Shown here: in pieces, positions 28,746-41,698 of the stretch
Layout: each line of letters opens with the position of its first letter
How positions within the stretch are numbered: the first letter of the stretch is position 1
NCBI GenBank assembly: GCA_951406725.2
Contig: OX597824.1
Coordinates: forward strand, 39,060,001-39,124,000
DNA length: 64,000 nucleotides
From: Octopus vulgaris
Lineage: Eukaryota
Direction: 5' to 3'
Translations under genes and position numbers: made by a program
Notes under the pieces: generated by a model
Database searches by the model: none
Told to the model about the DNA's origin: nothing
Seen by the model: the letters and a program-made list of their open reading frames with translations, nothing else

Positions 28746-30445
28746 ATAACAAGTACAAGAACATCAACATCGACAATTACAACCACAATAACAGCTACGT
28801 CAGCAAGAGCAGTAACAACAACAACAACAACAAAATAACAACAGTAAAACCAACGGCAGCAGTAGCACCACCAGTACCACCACCATAACAACAATAATAA
28901 AAAAAAACAAAATCTCCAACAATAACAGCAACAATAACAGAAGCAACAATATCACCAACCACTGCTGCCACCACCACCGCTACTACCACCATCACAACCA
29001 CAACAACAATAACAACAAGTCTCTGTACTGCTGGGGTGGTTAGGAAAATTCGTTTAAACTTTAAGTTCAAAACTGCTGTGATCAGATCAACTTTATTTCA
29101 TATTTACACTTCCGAAGGTACAATAAAACAAGTACACATCATATACTGACTTCAATGATAATCGACTATACTGCCAGATATAAAGAGATATCAACATTGT
29201 GAAATTGTGAAATTAATTCATCTGCCCGCTTAATCCACACCCACGGCTTTCTGTCTCTTTCGGCTTCTGGGTTATTGTGTTGGTATATTAACATTCTAAA
29301 ACTCGTGTTAATGTTCTTTGCCGAATCCTTCCTGTCCGATGACTGTACCTGCAATACCACTAGAACTACAATTTCTGCTGATCCAACAAGGAAGACCTTG
29401 CGAAACTGCTTAGTCGATTGTTAAAAATGGTAGTCAAAGCTTACGTCAGATCTCACATTGAAGTTTTTTTTTTTTAATGGGAAGAATACATTATTTTAAT
29501 GTAGTTCTAGATAGCCCCAAAACGATGCCACGATAACGGACGGGGTATTTTCGTTTATAGCTCTGCTCAGTTAGGACTGAGCTGGAGTTAAACGACAATT
29601 GCCGTTTCTACGGAACTTGAACAACCGACTGTTCGACTGACCGACGAACAATCACCTGTTCCGTTTCATACGAATCGTCCTCTTGCTTAATGTTCAGTTG
29701 CACAGGATGGACCAAAAACACAACAAAGTATAAAAATCCTGTTGGTGTAACAGCTGAAGCCGCTAGATTGTACCTACAGATCACAATATGTAGTTACACT
29801 TCGTGACTTTTGGCACATCATCATCGCTTTCAAACTTAAAAAGCTATTCACTTTCCTCACCCCCATCACCGTCCAACTCAGCATATCTGGATTCCACGCA
29901 TCTACTTAACAGAGATCTGTCACAACTACATCCTCTGCTTCTCACTACAGGAAGGGGGAGCTTCCACGTGGTTGTACTGATGGACAGAAATAAGTAATCA
30001 AATATCCTTAAAATTGCACCCAACTGTCTTAAAGTAAAATGAAGTGGGGCGCGGTGAAGGGTATGTACAGAGATGCTCCACTGTGTAGGCGGAAGACGGG
30101 ATTGTCACGGCTGGAATGTGTACATGAGACCTAACAACAAAAACAACAATATTAATAAGGACAAAAATGCTAACAACAGCTGCAGCAATACTATCAACAG
30201 CAATACTAACGACACCAATACTAACAACATGAGAAGCAATACTAATAACAGCAGCAACAACAGCAGCAGCCGTGCAAGACTTTGGACCTGGAGATCTCCA
30301 TTTCCAGCGACTCCCAGGGCCACTTCCCAGTGGTGTCGGGCATCAACGAAGAGCCCTCGACTACAAGAAGACGACCAAAGTTTTTTTTTCCAAGGTCTGG
30401 GGTCTCCCGCCCCAAAGCCCTAGACCATCACCTAATCAACCTATC

Positions 30446-30485
<40 letters not shown>

Positions 30486-31032
30486 GCAGCAGCAACAATA
30501 AGAAGAGAAATACTAAGAACAACTATACTAATCCTAACAACATCAACAAAACTTGAAACATGGACTGCGATATTACCAACAACAGAACAATCCTCGTTAA
30601 GCGTGCTACACCATTCTCTTCATGAAGTGGTAAAAGCAATAAACTTCACGCGCACACTCACGCATACACCAAGGAAAAAAACCCCTCAAAGTTAACTGTA
30701 GCTATAGTAATTACGCATATATAACTGATAAATAGTATAAAATGAACGAACCACGAGAGACAAACTCTAATAAATAATGAGAAGCTTAAAATAATATAAG
30801 CAAATAAAACTTTGTATAATTACAGTAATTAATAATGTAAATGTCATATCACGTACTAATATAGTTAATTAAAAAGAGATCTTTTACTTCGTATATACAT
30901 GCATACTGACACGCATACGCCTCTATTATTCAGAATGATATGCATATATAACGTGTATAAAAATATATATATAAATGTGTGTATGTGTATATATATAAAG
31001 ATAGATAGATAAACAGACAGATAGATAGATAA

Positions 31033-31073
<41 letters not shown>

Positions 31074-31132
31074 GACAGACAGAAAAAAACATACAGGCAG
31101 ATAGAGATAGATAGATAGACAGATAGATAGAC

Positions 31133-31218
<86 letters not shown>

Positions 31219-31660
31219 GCAGAAAGAGTAGTATATATAAATCTATATCCAATCCACATTTTAATAATTATACGGAATTATACGGATACACATAATGTTT
31301 ACATTATGCACGGGCAAACAAACTGACGCACGCACGCATACACACGCACATGCAAACGAAGGCAATGTTATTGTACAAATAAAGTTTGAATCCAACTTTT
31401 ACTTTTGCAACTAATCCGAAAGTAAAAGTGAAAGTAGATATATCCACTTCTTGAATAAACAACAAACTGTAGAATATAGCAATATAGCAGTATAATTTCA
31501 ACAGGACAAATAAACATTATGGAATTGGGCATCATTTCTGATATATATATAGGTATATATACATACAAAAACGTATGTGTATATACATATATATATATAA
31601 ATTTGTGTGAATGTATAAGTGTGAATATGAATATGCATATATATACATACCTACCTACAT

Positions 31661-31736
<76 letters not shown>

Positions 31737-31895
31737 GTATATGTATGTATGTATGTATGTATATACACTCACACAGAAATAGCAAGAATTAAGAAGGCAT
31801 AAAAACAACGGTGCGATTTCAATTATTTTTTTTTTTACTTCATGATAGTTTATGGGTAGTGAGGAAAGATGTTGTTAAACTTCATATATATGTAT

Positions 31896-31947
<52 letters not shown>

Positions 31948-32570
31948 GATCGTGAGAGAGGAACGAGAAATAAAAAACAGAAGAAAGCTTGGAGCATGTA
32001 GGAAGGAAAAGGTAGGTAATTTAATTAGTAGAACTTTTAAAAATAAGTCCTGTTATGTGTTTTTGGTTTGTTTTTTTTTTAGATAATATAATTTCCATTT
32101 CGACATTTTTAGTGTCATATCATCATAATCATCATCAACATCATCATCATTATTATTATTAATTATTATTACTTATTGTTATTACTATAATCATTCTTAA
32201 TATATTAAAAATTATTTTACCATTATTATTTTCTTCCAAAATATAAATTTTATCTCGTTTTCTTCTGTTGCTATTTTGTGAATGTATATATATGTATATA
32301 TATATTTCTTGAAATATATATATTTTCAAAATCATTTCACCTGGTTTTCATTTCTTTGATTTCTCATTCTGAAATGAATGTTAAATATTTTGTCTTTTTT
32401 TTTTTTTTTTGAAAAATTTGGTTTCCTGAAATAGACATTTTTTAAAAATGATTTTTTGCTTTTCTTCATGTGACTTGTTTTCTTTCTCCCGGTCATTGTG
32501 TAGAACCTTTGTTTTTCCTTATTTAAATATTCCAATATTTGCATTAATTTTCGTTGCTCCTAGCAACCAA

Positions 32571-33500
32571 TTAACCTTCTACTTTCTCTACATTTCGTTT
32601 AACGACGTTTTTACTGATATTTGATGGAACACTTCTTTTACCAACCAATTCTCTGATTCTCTTGTCAAAATGTTCGGCATTTTCACCTTCATTTCCACGT
32701 TTACCAACCAGTTCTCTGATTCTCTTGTCAAAATGTTCAGGATACTCAACTTCAGTTCCTCTTTTACCAATTAATTCTCTAATTCTCTTGTCTGGAAATT
32801 CGATTTCAGTGCCTCGTTTGCCAATTAATTCTCTAATTCTCTTCTCAAAATTTTCAGGATATTCAACTTCGCCTCCTCGTTTACCGATCAATTCTCGGAT
32901 TCTCTTGTCAGGATAATCAATTTCACCTCCACGTTTACCAATCAGTTCCCGAATTCTCTTGTCAGGAAATTCAATTTCTGATCCTCGTTTGCCAACCAAC
33001 TCCCTAATTCTTTTGTCAAAGTGATCAGAATATTCCACATCGTTTCCTCGTTTGCCAACCAATTCTCTAATTCTTTTGTCAAAGTGATCAGGATATTCTA
33101 TTTCGGTCCCACGTTTGCCAACCAATTCTCTAATTCTTTTATCAAAGTGATCGGAATAGTCAATTTCTGTTCCTCGTTTGCCAACCAATTCTCGAATTCT
33201 TTTGTCAAAATTTTCAGGATATCGTTTGCCGACTAATTCTCTAATTCTCTTGTCAAAATGTTCAGGATAGTCAATTTCAATTCCTCGATTAGCAGCCAGT
33301 TCGCGAATGTAATTCTCTGGGCTTTCCATTTCCATGAAACTGTTAACATTTCTTTTTCTTAGCAGGTCTTTTATTCTGTCACCAGACGCCCTAAACCTTT
33401 TGTCAGCATTCGAGTAGCTTTTAAAGTCATGAGTTTCCACAAGCAGTGAAGATGCCAAAACGGCAAGACTTAATTTTAGAATTATTTCATAAGAATGCAT
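32571..33500 (-). CDS. Secreted neuropeptide precursor (309 aa) encoding 7x IRELV-amide and 4x IRELI-amide plus acidic spacer peptides; candidate TRH-like/EFLamide/fulicin-type prohormone
   Basis: ATG at 33500 (MHSYEIILKLSLAVLASSLLVETH, hydrophobic signal-peptide-like). 11 copies of KR-IREL[V/I]-GKR (dibasic cleavage plus Gly amide donor). Repeats differ mostly at synonymous sites. Stop at 32571-32573. Confidence 0.93.
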   Translation of the reverse strand: MHSYEIILKLSLAVLASSLLVETHDFKSYSNADKRFRASGDRIKDLLRKRNVNSFMEMESPENYIRELAANRGIEIDYPEHFDKRIRELVGKRYPENFDKRIRELVGKRGTEIDYSDHFDKRIRELVGKRGTEIEYPDHFDKRIRELVGKRGNDVEYSDHFDKRIRELVGKRGSEIEFPDKRIRELIGKRGGEIDYPDKRIRELIGKRGGEVEYPENFEKRIRELIGKRGTEIEFPDKRIRELIGKRGTEVEYPEHFDKRIRELVGKRGNEGENAEHFDKRIRELVGKRSVPSNISKNVVKRNVEKVEG

Positions 33501-33770
33501 TTCGTTGGTTTGAAGGATAGGGAATTTCAAATCCGTTTCATGCAACAGTCAGTGTCTTTTTATCTCTTTTTCTTTCTTCCTCTAAGGCAAGTTGATAAAA
33601 ATATTAACTTCTGCTGATGCTGTTGCGGTTATCTTTATGTTGCTGCTGATGTACTTGCAGATCGATAAGTTATTAAGATTTCTTCCCTTGTTTTATTTGT
33701 CTCTAAAAGAAATGACCGTGCAGTGAAGGCAATATGCAAGCTGCTGTTAGATAAGTATTGCAGCTTTTAC

Positions 33771-33801
33771 ACTGGATGTTGTAGAAACGCGTGTATTTAT
33801 A
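33771..33801 (-). promoter_or_regulatory. Candidate TATA box plus initiator for the neuropeptide gene
   Basis: Minus strand TATAAATA at 33801-33794 and an Inr-like CCAGT whose A (33773) lies 28 nt downstream, about 270 nt before the ATG. An alternative splice acceptor (TTTCTTTTAG, ~33712-33703) also exists. Confidence 0.4.
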
Positions 33802-33914
33802 AGCAAGAGGTTTGCCCATCTTGCGTAGGATGCATAGGCCTCTCAGCAGGCAGTTTCACTTTTAAGTCCAACCCAAAGCGGCATAATGTTTATCGTTCTT
33901 TTTCTTTTATCGTC

Positions 33915-36288
33915 TACATAGCAGTAGCAGTAGCAGTAGTTCTACTACTACTAGTAGTAGTAGTAGTAGTTTTAATAGTAGTAGTAGTAGTAGTAGTAGC
34001 AGCTTTTGCTGTTGTTTTGTAGTTGCGGAGGAAGTGGTGATGGTAGTAGTGACTGTTGTTGCATTTGTTGTTCATAATAAATCTATCACAGCTCACACTT
34101 TCTTTCAATCACTCTCTACCCCCTCCCTCCATCCCTCCCTCTCACTCTCTCCTTCCCTCCCCCTCCACCTACCACACACACACACACACATACACATACA
34201 CACATACACGCACACACACACCACCTATAATCTACCTCTTTCTTCGCATTCTTGCGTTCATAAAAAAGTTCATACCTGCATCCACTCTGCTTCCACCGCG
34301 ACCACCACCACTGACACTCTGATAACCACCCTCCTTCCCGTCCCCGATTATTCTTGCAAATTGTTTCTTCTTCTCTTTCTTTCTTTTTTTCTTTGTTTGT
34401 TTGTTTCTTTTTTCTTTATTTCTTTATTTCTTTATTTCTTTGCATGCGATCGGTATTTGAATGTCGTTGATTTTATTCTTGTCTTTTATTGTAGTGAGAG
34501 AGTTATTGTTTGTTATAGTTGTTGCTGGTATTGTTGTTGCTGGTATTGGTGGTGTGGTGGTGGTGGTGGTGGTGGTGACAGTGATAGAGAAAGCGGTGTA
34601 GGAGTGTTGTTCTTTTTGTATTAAGTTTATTTTTGCATATATTTTTTTTTGTTTGCTTCTTTTATATATAGCTCTTTGTTGTTCGTCTTGCTGCTACTGC
34701 TGCTGCTGCTGCTGCTGCAGCTCATAGAATTACCTCTTCCCTCTCTCGCTATCACACTAAGGCGGGTGTTGTCGTTATTGCTGCTGCTGCCGCGGCTGCT
34801 GCTGCTGCGACTGCTGTTGCTGTTGTGGTTGCTGCTGCTATTGTATCTGTGACTACGACTACCATGATCAAAACTGCTGCTGTTGTTGTTGCTACTAATG
34901 CTGCGTTCTCCATCTCCTCATCAGCAGCATCATTATCATCATTATCATCAGTAGCAGCAACTACAGTAACAACAACAACAACAACAGCAAAAGCAAAAGC
35001 AGCAACAACAAGCAACACCAACTGCAGCAGCAACAACAGCAACAACAAGCAACACCAACTGCAGCAGCAACAGCAGCATCAGTGAGAACAGCAGCAACTT
35101 CATTATAACTAATCCTTCCTAAAATCCCACCACAACCACAACCACCATTTCCTCTTCCTCCTCCTCCTCCTCCTTCTTCTTCCTCTTCTTGTCCTTCTCT
35201 TCCTTCTCCTCTTCTGCCGCCACCACCACTACGACAACTCCAGCTGTTGCTGTTGATATCGTTGAAACCACATGGCACCACATCACAACCGATGCTGTTG
35301 CTGCTTCTCGTGCTGCTGTTGCTACTGCTGCCGCTGCAACCACCTCTCCTCTTTACTAACGTTACCACACTAGCATCACGACGACGACCACCGCCACGAC
35401 CATGACCACCACCATCACCACCATTATTCATCATTTTCTATGTTCATCACCATTATCCCCACTACTATCGCCAGTAACGCCGTCTCACCGCCTACCATTA
35501 TCACTACCACCACCACCACCACCACTTCCACCACCGCCGCCTCCACCATTGCCTCCACCGTTGACTCCGTCACCACCATCAATGTAAGAGGATCACCTCC
35601 TTGACTTCGCAATCCACCCAATCGCTATTAGCACCACCAACACCGGCCCCCATCATCACCACCACCATCACAACCAGCATCTCCACCATCATCGACACCG
35701 CTGCTGCCGCCGCCACCGCCGCATCTTCCCTCACTACTACCACCGCCGCATCTTCCCTCACTACTACCACCGCCACTAATATTAATACAGGTACATTCCT
35801 GCCTGCCCATCACAAACCCACCCGATCATCAGTAAGAAGTACCACCCCCGCCACTGCCACTCCACCCCCATCAATACAAGAACATCAATGCCTGTCACAC
35901 AATCCACCTCATCGTCACTATCACCAATAACACCGGTACCGCTACCAGCTCCAACATCGCACCGCTTAACGCCATCGCCACCAACAACATTTCTACCATC
36001 ACACCTACAACCAACACCGTCGCCATCATAACACCATCACGTACGTTGTATCTCTTATTTTTGTTGCCGGTGGTTGTGTTGGTGGTAGTGTTGGTGTGGG
36101 TGGCGATGGTGGTTGGTGGTGGTGCTTGTGTTGGGGGTAACGGGGATGGGTTATACCCTTTTTATTGGTTGCGCTGGTGATGGTAGTGATGTTGGTGATG
36201 AGAGATGTTGTGGTGGTAGTGTATGTTTTTGTTGGTGGTGGTAGTGGCGGCGTTGGGTGTTGTGGGTGGTGTTGCTGGATGTGGTGAT

Positions 36289-36333
<45 letters not shown>

Positions 36334-36560
36334 ATGATGACGACGGCGGTGTTGGTAACGGTAAGTTTTAATCATCCAGAACAATTGACGGTACACGGAG
36401 ATACAACCATCGTTAGAGAAAGAGAGAGACAGAGATAAAGACAAAGGGTAAGTGTGAGGGACAGATAGAAAGAGCGAGAGAGAGAGAGAGAGAAAGAGAG
36501 AGGAAGAAGGAGAAAGAGAAACGGAAAGCGAGAGAGGAGGGGAGGGAGAGAGATCCGCCC
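33915..36560. repeat. Compound low-complexity/trinucleotide tract (GTA, CTG/CAG, CAA, CAC/GTG, CCT, GAT, GA)
   Basis: Directly visible; lies just upstream of the neuropeptide gene. Confidence 0.9.
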
Positions 36561-36825
36561 ATTCAACATTTGGATAGCAGCACCGGAGCGACTAACTTCT
36601 CTATTAACTGCCGTTGGATAATAATGTTCACTAGCACGGTTGTTGATGTTGTTTGCCGTTGTTGTAATTGCGATTATTGTTGTTGTCTAGCCCCAGATCA
36701 GCTCTGGTCAAGCATACCTAGGATCGATATGATGCAGCTATGATCATCCCATATATCTTCCAGGCTATGTATGTCACTCACTCATTCACTCACACATTCT
36801 CTCTCACTTTCTCTCCTTCTCTCTC

Positions 36826-36873
<48 letters not shown>

Positions 36874-36899
36874 ATGCATATATGTATTATATGCATACG

Positions 36900-36932
<33 letters not shown>

Positions 36933-37716
36933 TGATTTAGAAGTGGACGATGAGGGTGGTTGTGCGTGTGTGTCTAGGTGGGTGTGTAGGTGTGTGTATG
37001 TCCAGGACATCATTTCGGTGTGTCGTTCGCAATTTAAAACGGCAGCAGCAGTGATTTTAAACTTTTAGCGCCCCACCAAACCACATGCACGGAATAAGGA
37101 TCTTGGTTTGTGTTTATATATATATATCATAACATAGCGAAGACATGACACGATATAGGTAAAGAAATTTGAGAAATTTGAAAAGAAAATACGAAACCGG
37201 TGATTTCTCCAAAAACTGTTACTATACGCAAAATTTTATAAAATTTTTCTAAGACATAACGATTTAAATATATTCTTTAACCATATAACACAAGCCTTCT
37301 ATAGTTTTTTCACTCTTTTTTGTCATCTATACATCAAGCCACGTGCTTTCACATACCAACTCTACCAACTCTCTCTCTCTCTCACGCACACACACAGACA
37401 TATATATTTATACATGCATATATGGATATAGTTATGTGTGCAGCGAGTATACATGTATGCATGTGTATATGCGCGCGCGCACGTGCGTGCAGCATGTAAC
37501 TGTGATTAATGAACCGAGAATTTCCTGTATGGCACCTATAAAGTTTTAGCCCTTGAATTACTTTGTGACTTGTGCCATTTAAAAATAATAATGATGTTCA
37601 ATATGAATAACTCTGACAATCTTTTCAGATTTTGGCACTAGGCCAGCAGTTTTGTTAGGAGGCGGAAGTTGTCTACCCTAGAGCCCAACTGGTTCTTATC
37701 CCGAAAAGATGAAGAG

Positions 37717-37751
<35 letters not shown>

Positions 37752-37764
37752 CGATGATGAAGAA

Positions 37765-37803
<39 letters not shown>

Positions 37804-38029
37804 AATAATAATAATAATAATAATCTTTTCTACTCTAGGCACAAGGCCCGAACTTTTGGGGGTGGAGGCCAGTCGATTAGATTGAACCAAGTACGCAGCT
37901 GGTGCTTAATTTATCGACCCCCGAAAGTATGAATGGCACAGTCGACCGCCGTGGAATTTGAACTCACAACGTAGACAGACGAAATACAAAAACAGCAACA
38001 ACAAAAACAACAAAAACAACAACAACAAC

Positions 38030-38086
<57 letters not shown>

Positions 38087-38409
38087 CATAATATTCTTTT
38101 TAATTTTGGAACAAGCCTACTGAGTTTGAGAGGATCGACTCCATTACTTGACTGGAATAAAGATGACCTCGGCGGGATTTGATCTCAGAAAATAAAGAGC
38201 TGTAAACAATACATGCATACATACACGCGTCTGCACACAATCACAAATACATACATATATACATACACTGTATGTATATGTATCTATATATATATATGTG
38301 TGTGTATTTATACATATATATATATATATATTTATACTTATATATACGGTTAAATATATATACATACGTAAACATACACACACATATATATATTTGCATG
38401 CATACATAT

Positions 38410-38501
<92 letters not shown>

Positions 38502-39130
38502 TGCGCTTTTCCAAAATGTACCCGTATAGAACAGTGTAATGATTAAAAACGAAAACAAAGAACTGAAGTTCTCTAACTCGGCTCAAAGACTTACGTGAAG
38601 CCAAGTTTGAAGAATTTAATGTTTCAAAGAGGGCTCTTGTAAGAAATTTGGCTATTCTAGCAGGTCAAACCATCCCATATAACTTCTCCCATCGGTTAGC
38701 GTAACGAACCAGGAACAGCTGTGTGTGCACGCGCGTCTGTAAACTTTTTAGAGTGGCATTTAATGCTTCATCAGACTGACTATGATATCAAAATAAAGAT
38801 CGATCAGACTGGCTATGATATCAAACTTTTCCAATTATGACCGTCCTGTTTATTTGTCACTTTTGACATATCTTTTATGTAGTTTGGAATACATTTTCCA
38901 ATTTCATATTACTTTTTTTATTTTTCATAAATAGTGAATATGATTCGAAGGAGTGTGTTGGTATTTTTAGCATGTCAAGCGACAGCTTAGAAGCTGTGTT
39001 ATATGCTTGCATGTGTCAGTATGAGCGTATGTGTATATGTCTCATTAAAAATACATACGAATATGTTGTAGTTCAATAGATAGATAGATAGACAGATAGC
39101 TATTGGGGAAAATACATTACACACGGGTTT

Positions 39131-39227
<97 letters not shown>

Positions 39228-39260
39228 TATACATATATATACATATATATACATATATAC

Positions 39261-39301
<41 letters not shown>

Positions 39302-39329
39302 TACTCCAATATCTATCTATCTATATATG

Positions 39330-39383
<54 letters not shown>

Positions 39384-39692
39384 CTACATATACATACATT
39401 TATTAAATAAATGTTAGATATTTAATATACATAAGTTAATAGCACATTAATACATTAACAAATTTGAACCTAATTACGAAATTTAGGGTTAAATATGTAC
39501 ATTTCTGATATTAAAGGAAACTGTAAAAGTTACTTATAAATTTCGCCATATACCGCCCCCATTGAATGCGTGTGTATGAGTGTTTGGGTATGCGTGTGTG
39601 TGCGCGCATGAGTGCGTCTGTGCATATATATGTAGCATCTATGTACCTAAAGATATCTGTCTCTCTATCTCTCTCTCTCTATCTATCTATCA

Positions 39693-39724
<32 letters not shown>

Positions 39725-39741
39725 GTATATCTATCTATCTT

Positions 39742-39782
<41 letters not shown>

Positions 39783-40598
39783 TTATCTATCTACCTCTTC
39801 AAAGACACATACACACACAGATGTTTATGGATATATTTACATATATATGCATATACATGTGTATACATATATATCTTAATATATGTATACGTATAAGTAT
39901 CTTTACATACATACATAAATGTAGGTAGGTACGAGTCTTTAAACAAACACGCATATGTATATATATAGATGTATATAGATACATACATACACACACACAT
40001 ATAAATATATATATGTATATATATATATATACGCACACATATACATATATATGCATGTGTATAACTTTAGATATGAAGATGATTAATACCAATTAAATAT
40101 ATGAGAATATTCTTTGAGGCTTCGGTCAGCGTGCAGTTAGATTTGTTCGGCTGAATAAATTCTGTCTCTTTTCAGTAAATAAAATCTGTGTTAAATGTAC
40201 TGTTGCTTTTAAAAACTTTAGACTTCTAAGTGTTGACACTTCATGCAATATAACTGACATAAAATAATCATAACTCATACACACACACATGAAGACAGGT
40301 GTGTAAACAATAAACAGGTGTATTAGTTTAACGCTCGGGAATGTGAGAAAGTCTTTTACGTTTCGAATCTATGCTCTTCAACAGAAAGGAACACGAGAAA
40401 ATAAACAGAGAGAGAATAAAAAAATTTTAGTTGCTAGCGGTTAATCATGGTAATGGCTGGACAGAGGTGGTCAGACATGGGAGCTAGGAAGAAGGGGAGA
40501 AAATAAAGTACTAGTGATCCCAAAACGAAGGTGCGCGTGCGTGTGTCTGTGAGAGAGTATGTGTATATAAGTATGTGTATACAGAAATGCATATATAC

Positions 40599-40638
<40 letters not shown>

Positions 40639-40719
40639 ATAGATATATGTATGCATGCTTGTATACGTATCTATGTGTGTATACATATATATGTATACAC
40701 ACACACATATATATATATG

Positions 40720-40782
<63 letters not shown>

Positions 40783-40895
40783 ATGTCTATGTCTATTTAG
40801 AGCCGGGCTAATTAGTCATTAGTGTACCCTGTATTCTTGCTCACGGGCGGACAGGCATTATAAGAACTATCAGTGAAATTATTCTTTTCCTTTTT

Positions 40896-40930
<35 letters not shown>

Positions 40931-41059
40931 GCTACCATTGGAACACAAGGTAACAAAAAAGCGGTTCCTTTTGATACCAGCAAGAAACAATAATGGACTT
41001 CTTCACTACACTCAACAGTAATATAGCGATTATACCAACTACCCACAAAACACCACCAC

Positions 41060-41241
41060 ATGGATTCTATTGAGAACTGTAAGAAACAATTATGAACTTT
41101 TCTATTGCACTTTTTATGATATATTTGATAAGGTTCGTTTTTTCAAGAACATGAATTCTATTGAGACCAGTAAGAAACGATTATGAACTTTTCCATTGCA
41201 CTTTTTATAATATTTTTGATAAGGTTCGTTTTTTCAAGAAC
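41060..41241. repeat. Tandem duplication, 2 x 91 bp
   Basis: atg[g/a]attctattgaga...gataaggttcgttttttcaagaac at 41060-41150 and 41151-41241. Confidence 0.9.
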
Positions 41242-41323
41242 CGAAACATGTAAAATTCATAAGAAAAATTTATCTAATATAGTGGCGTTTTCAAACTTCT
41301 TTTTTACAAATATATATATATAC

Positions 41324-41356
<33 letters not shown>

Positions 41357-41494
41357 TGTATGTATGTATGTATGTATGTATGTATGTATGTATGTATGTA
41401 TATAACAATAGGTTGAAAATATGAGGAAAATATATCAAAAGTGAAAGAGAAATGCCTTCTTTACACATAGTTTAATATCTTTTATAAAGAAATT

Positions 41495-41525
<31 letters not shown>

Positions 41526-41667
41526 TTACGGATGTCGTGATATCCAACCGGTTTTCGCTATTTATATTAGCTCTTCAAGGGACATTGTGAAGTAATCATT
41601 TTGAATCTCCAGTATTTTTGCTCCTTATATATATTTATATATATATATATATACATACATACATACA

Positions 41668-41698
<31 letters not shown>

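Noticed and set aside
30073-30695. Asn/Thr-rich ORFs downstream of the neuropeptide gene
   Set aside because: Driven by (AAC)n repeats; overlapping frames with no domain.
32630-33260. Repeat-spacer pattern resembling a CRISPR array
   Set aside because: Units are in-frame codon repeats with synonymous variation, spacers are homologous to each other, the context is eukaryotic and there are no cas genes.
33501-33545. ORF-track N-terminal extension (324 aa)
   Set aside because: Starts at TTG; the first ATG (33500) directly precedes the signal peptide.
34034-36444. Poly-Q/A/T/P/G/E ORFs resembling transcription-factor low-complexity regions
   Set aside because: Open in several frames on both strands because of trinucleotide repeats; no domain or consistent splice structure seen.
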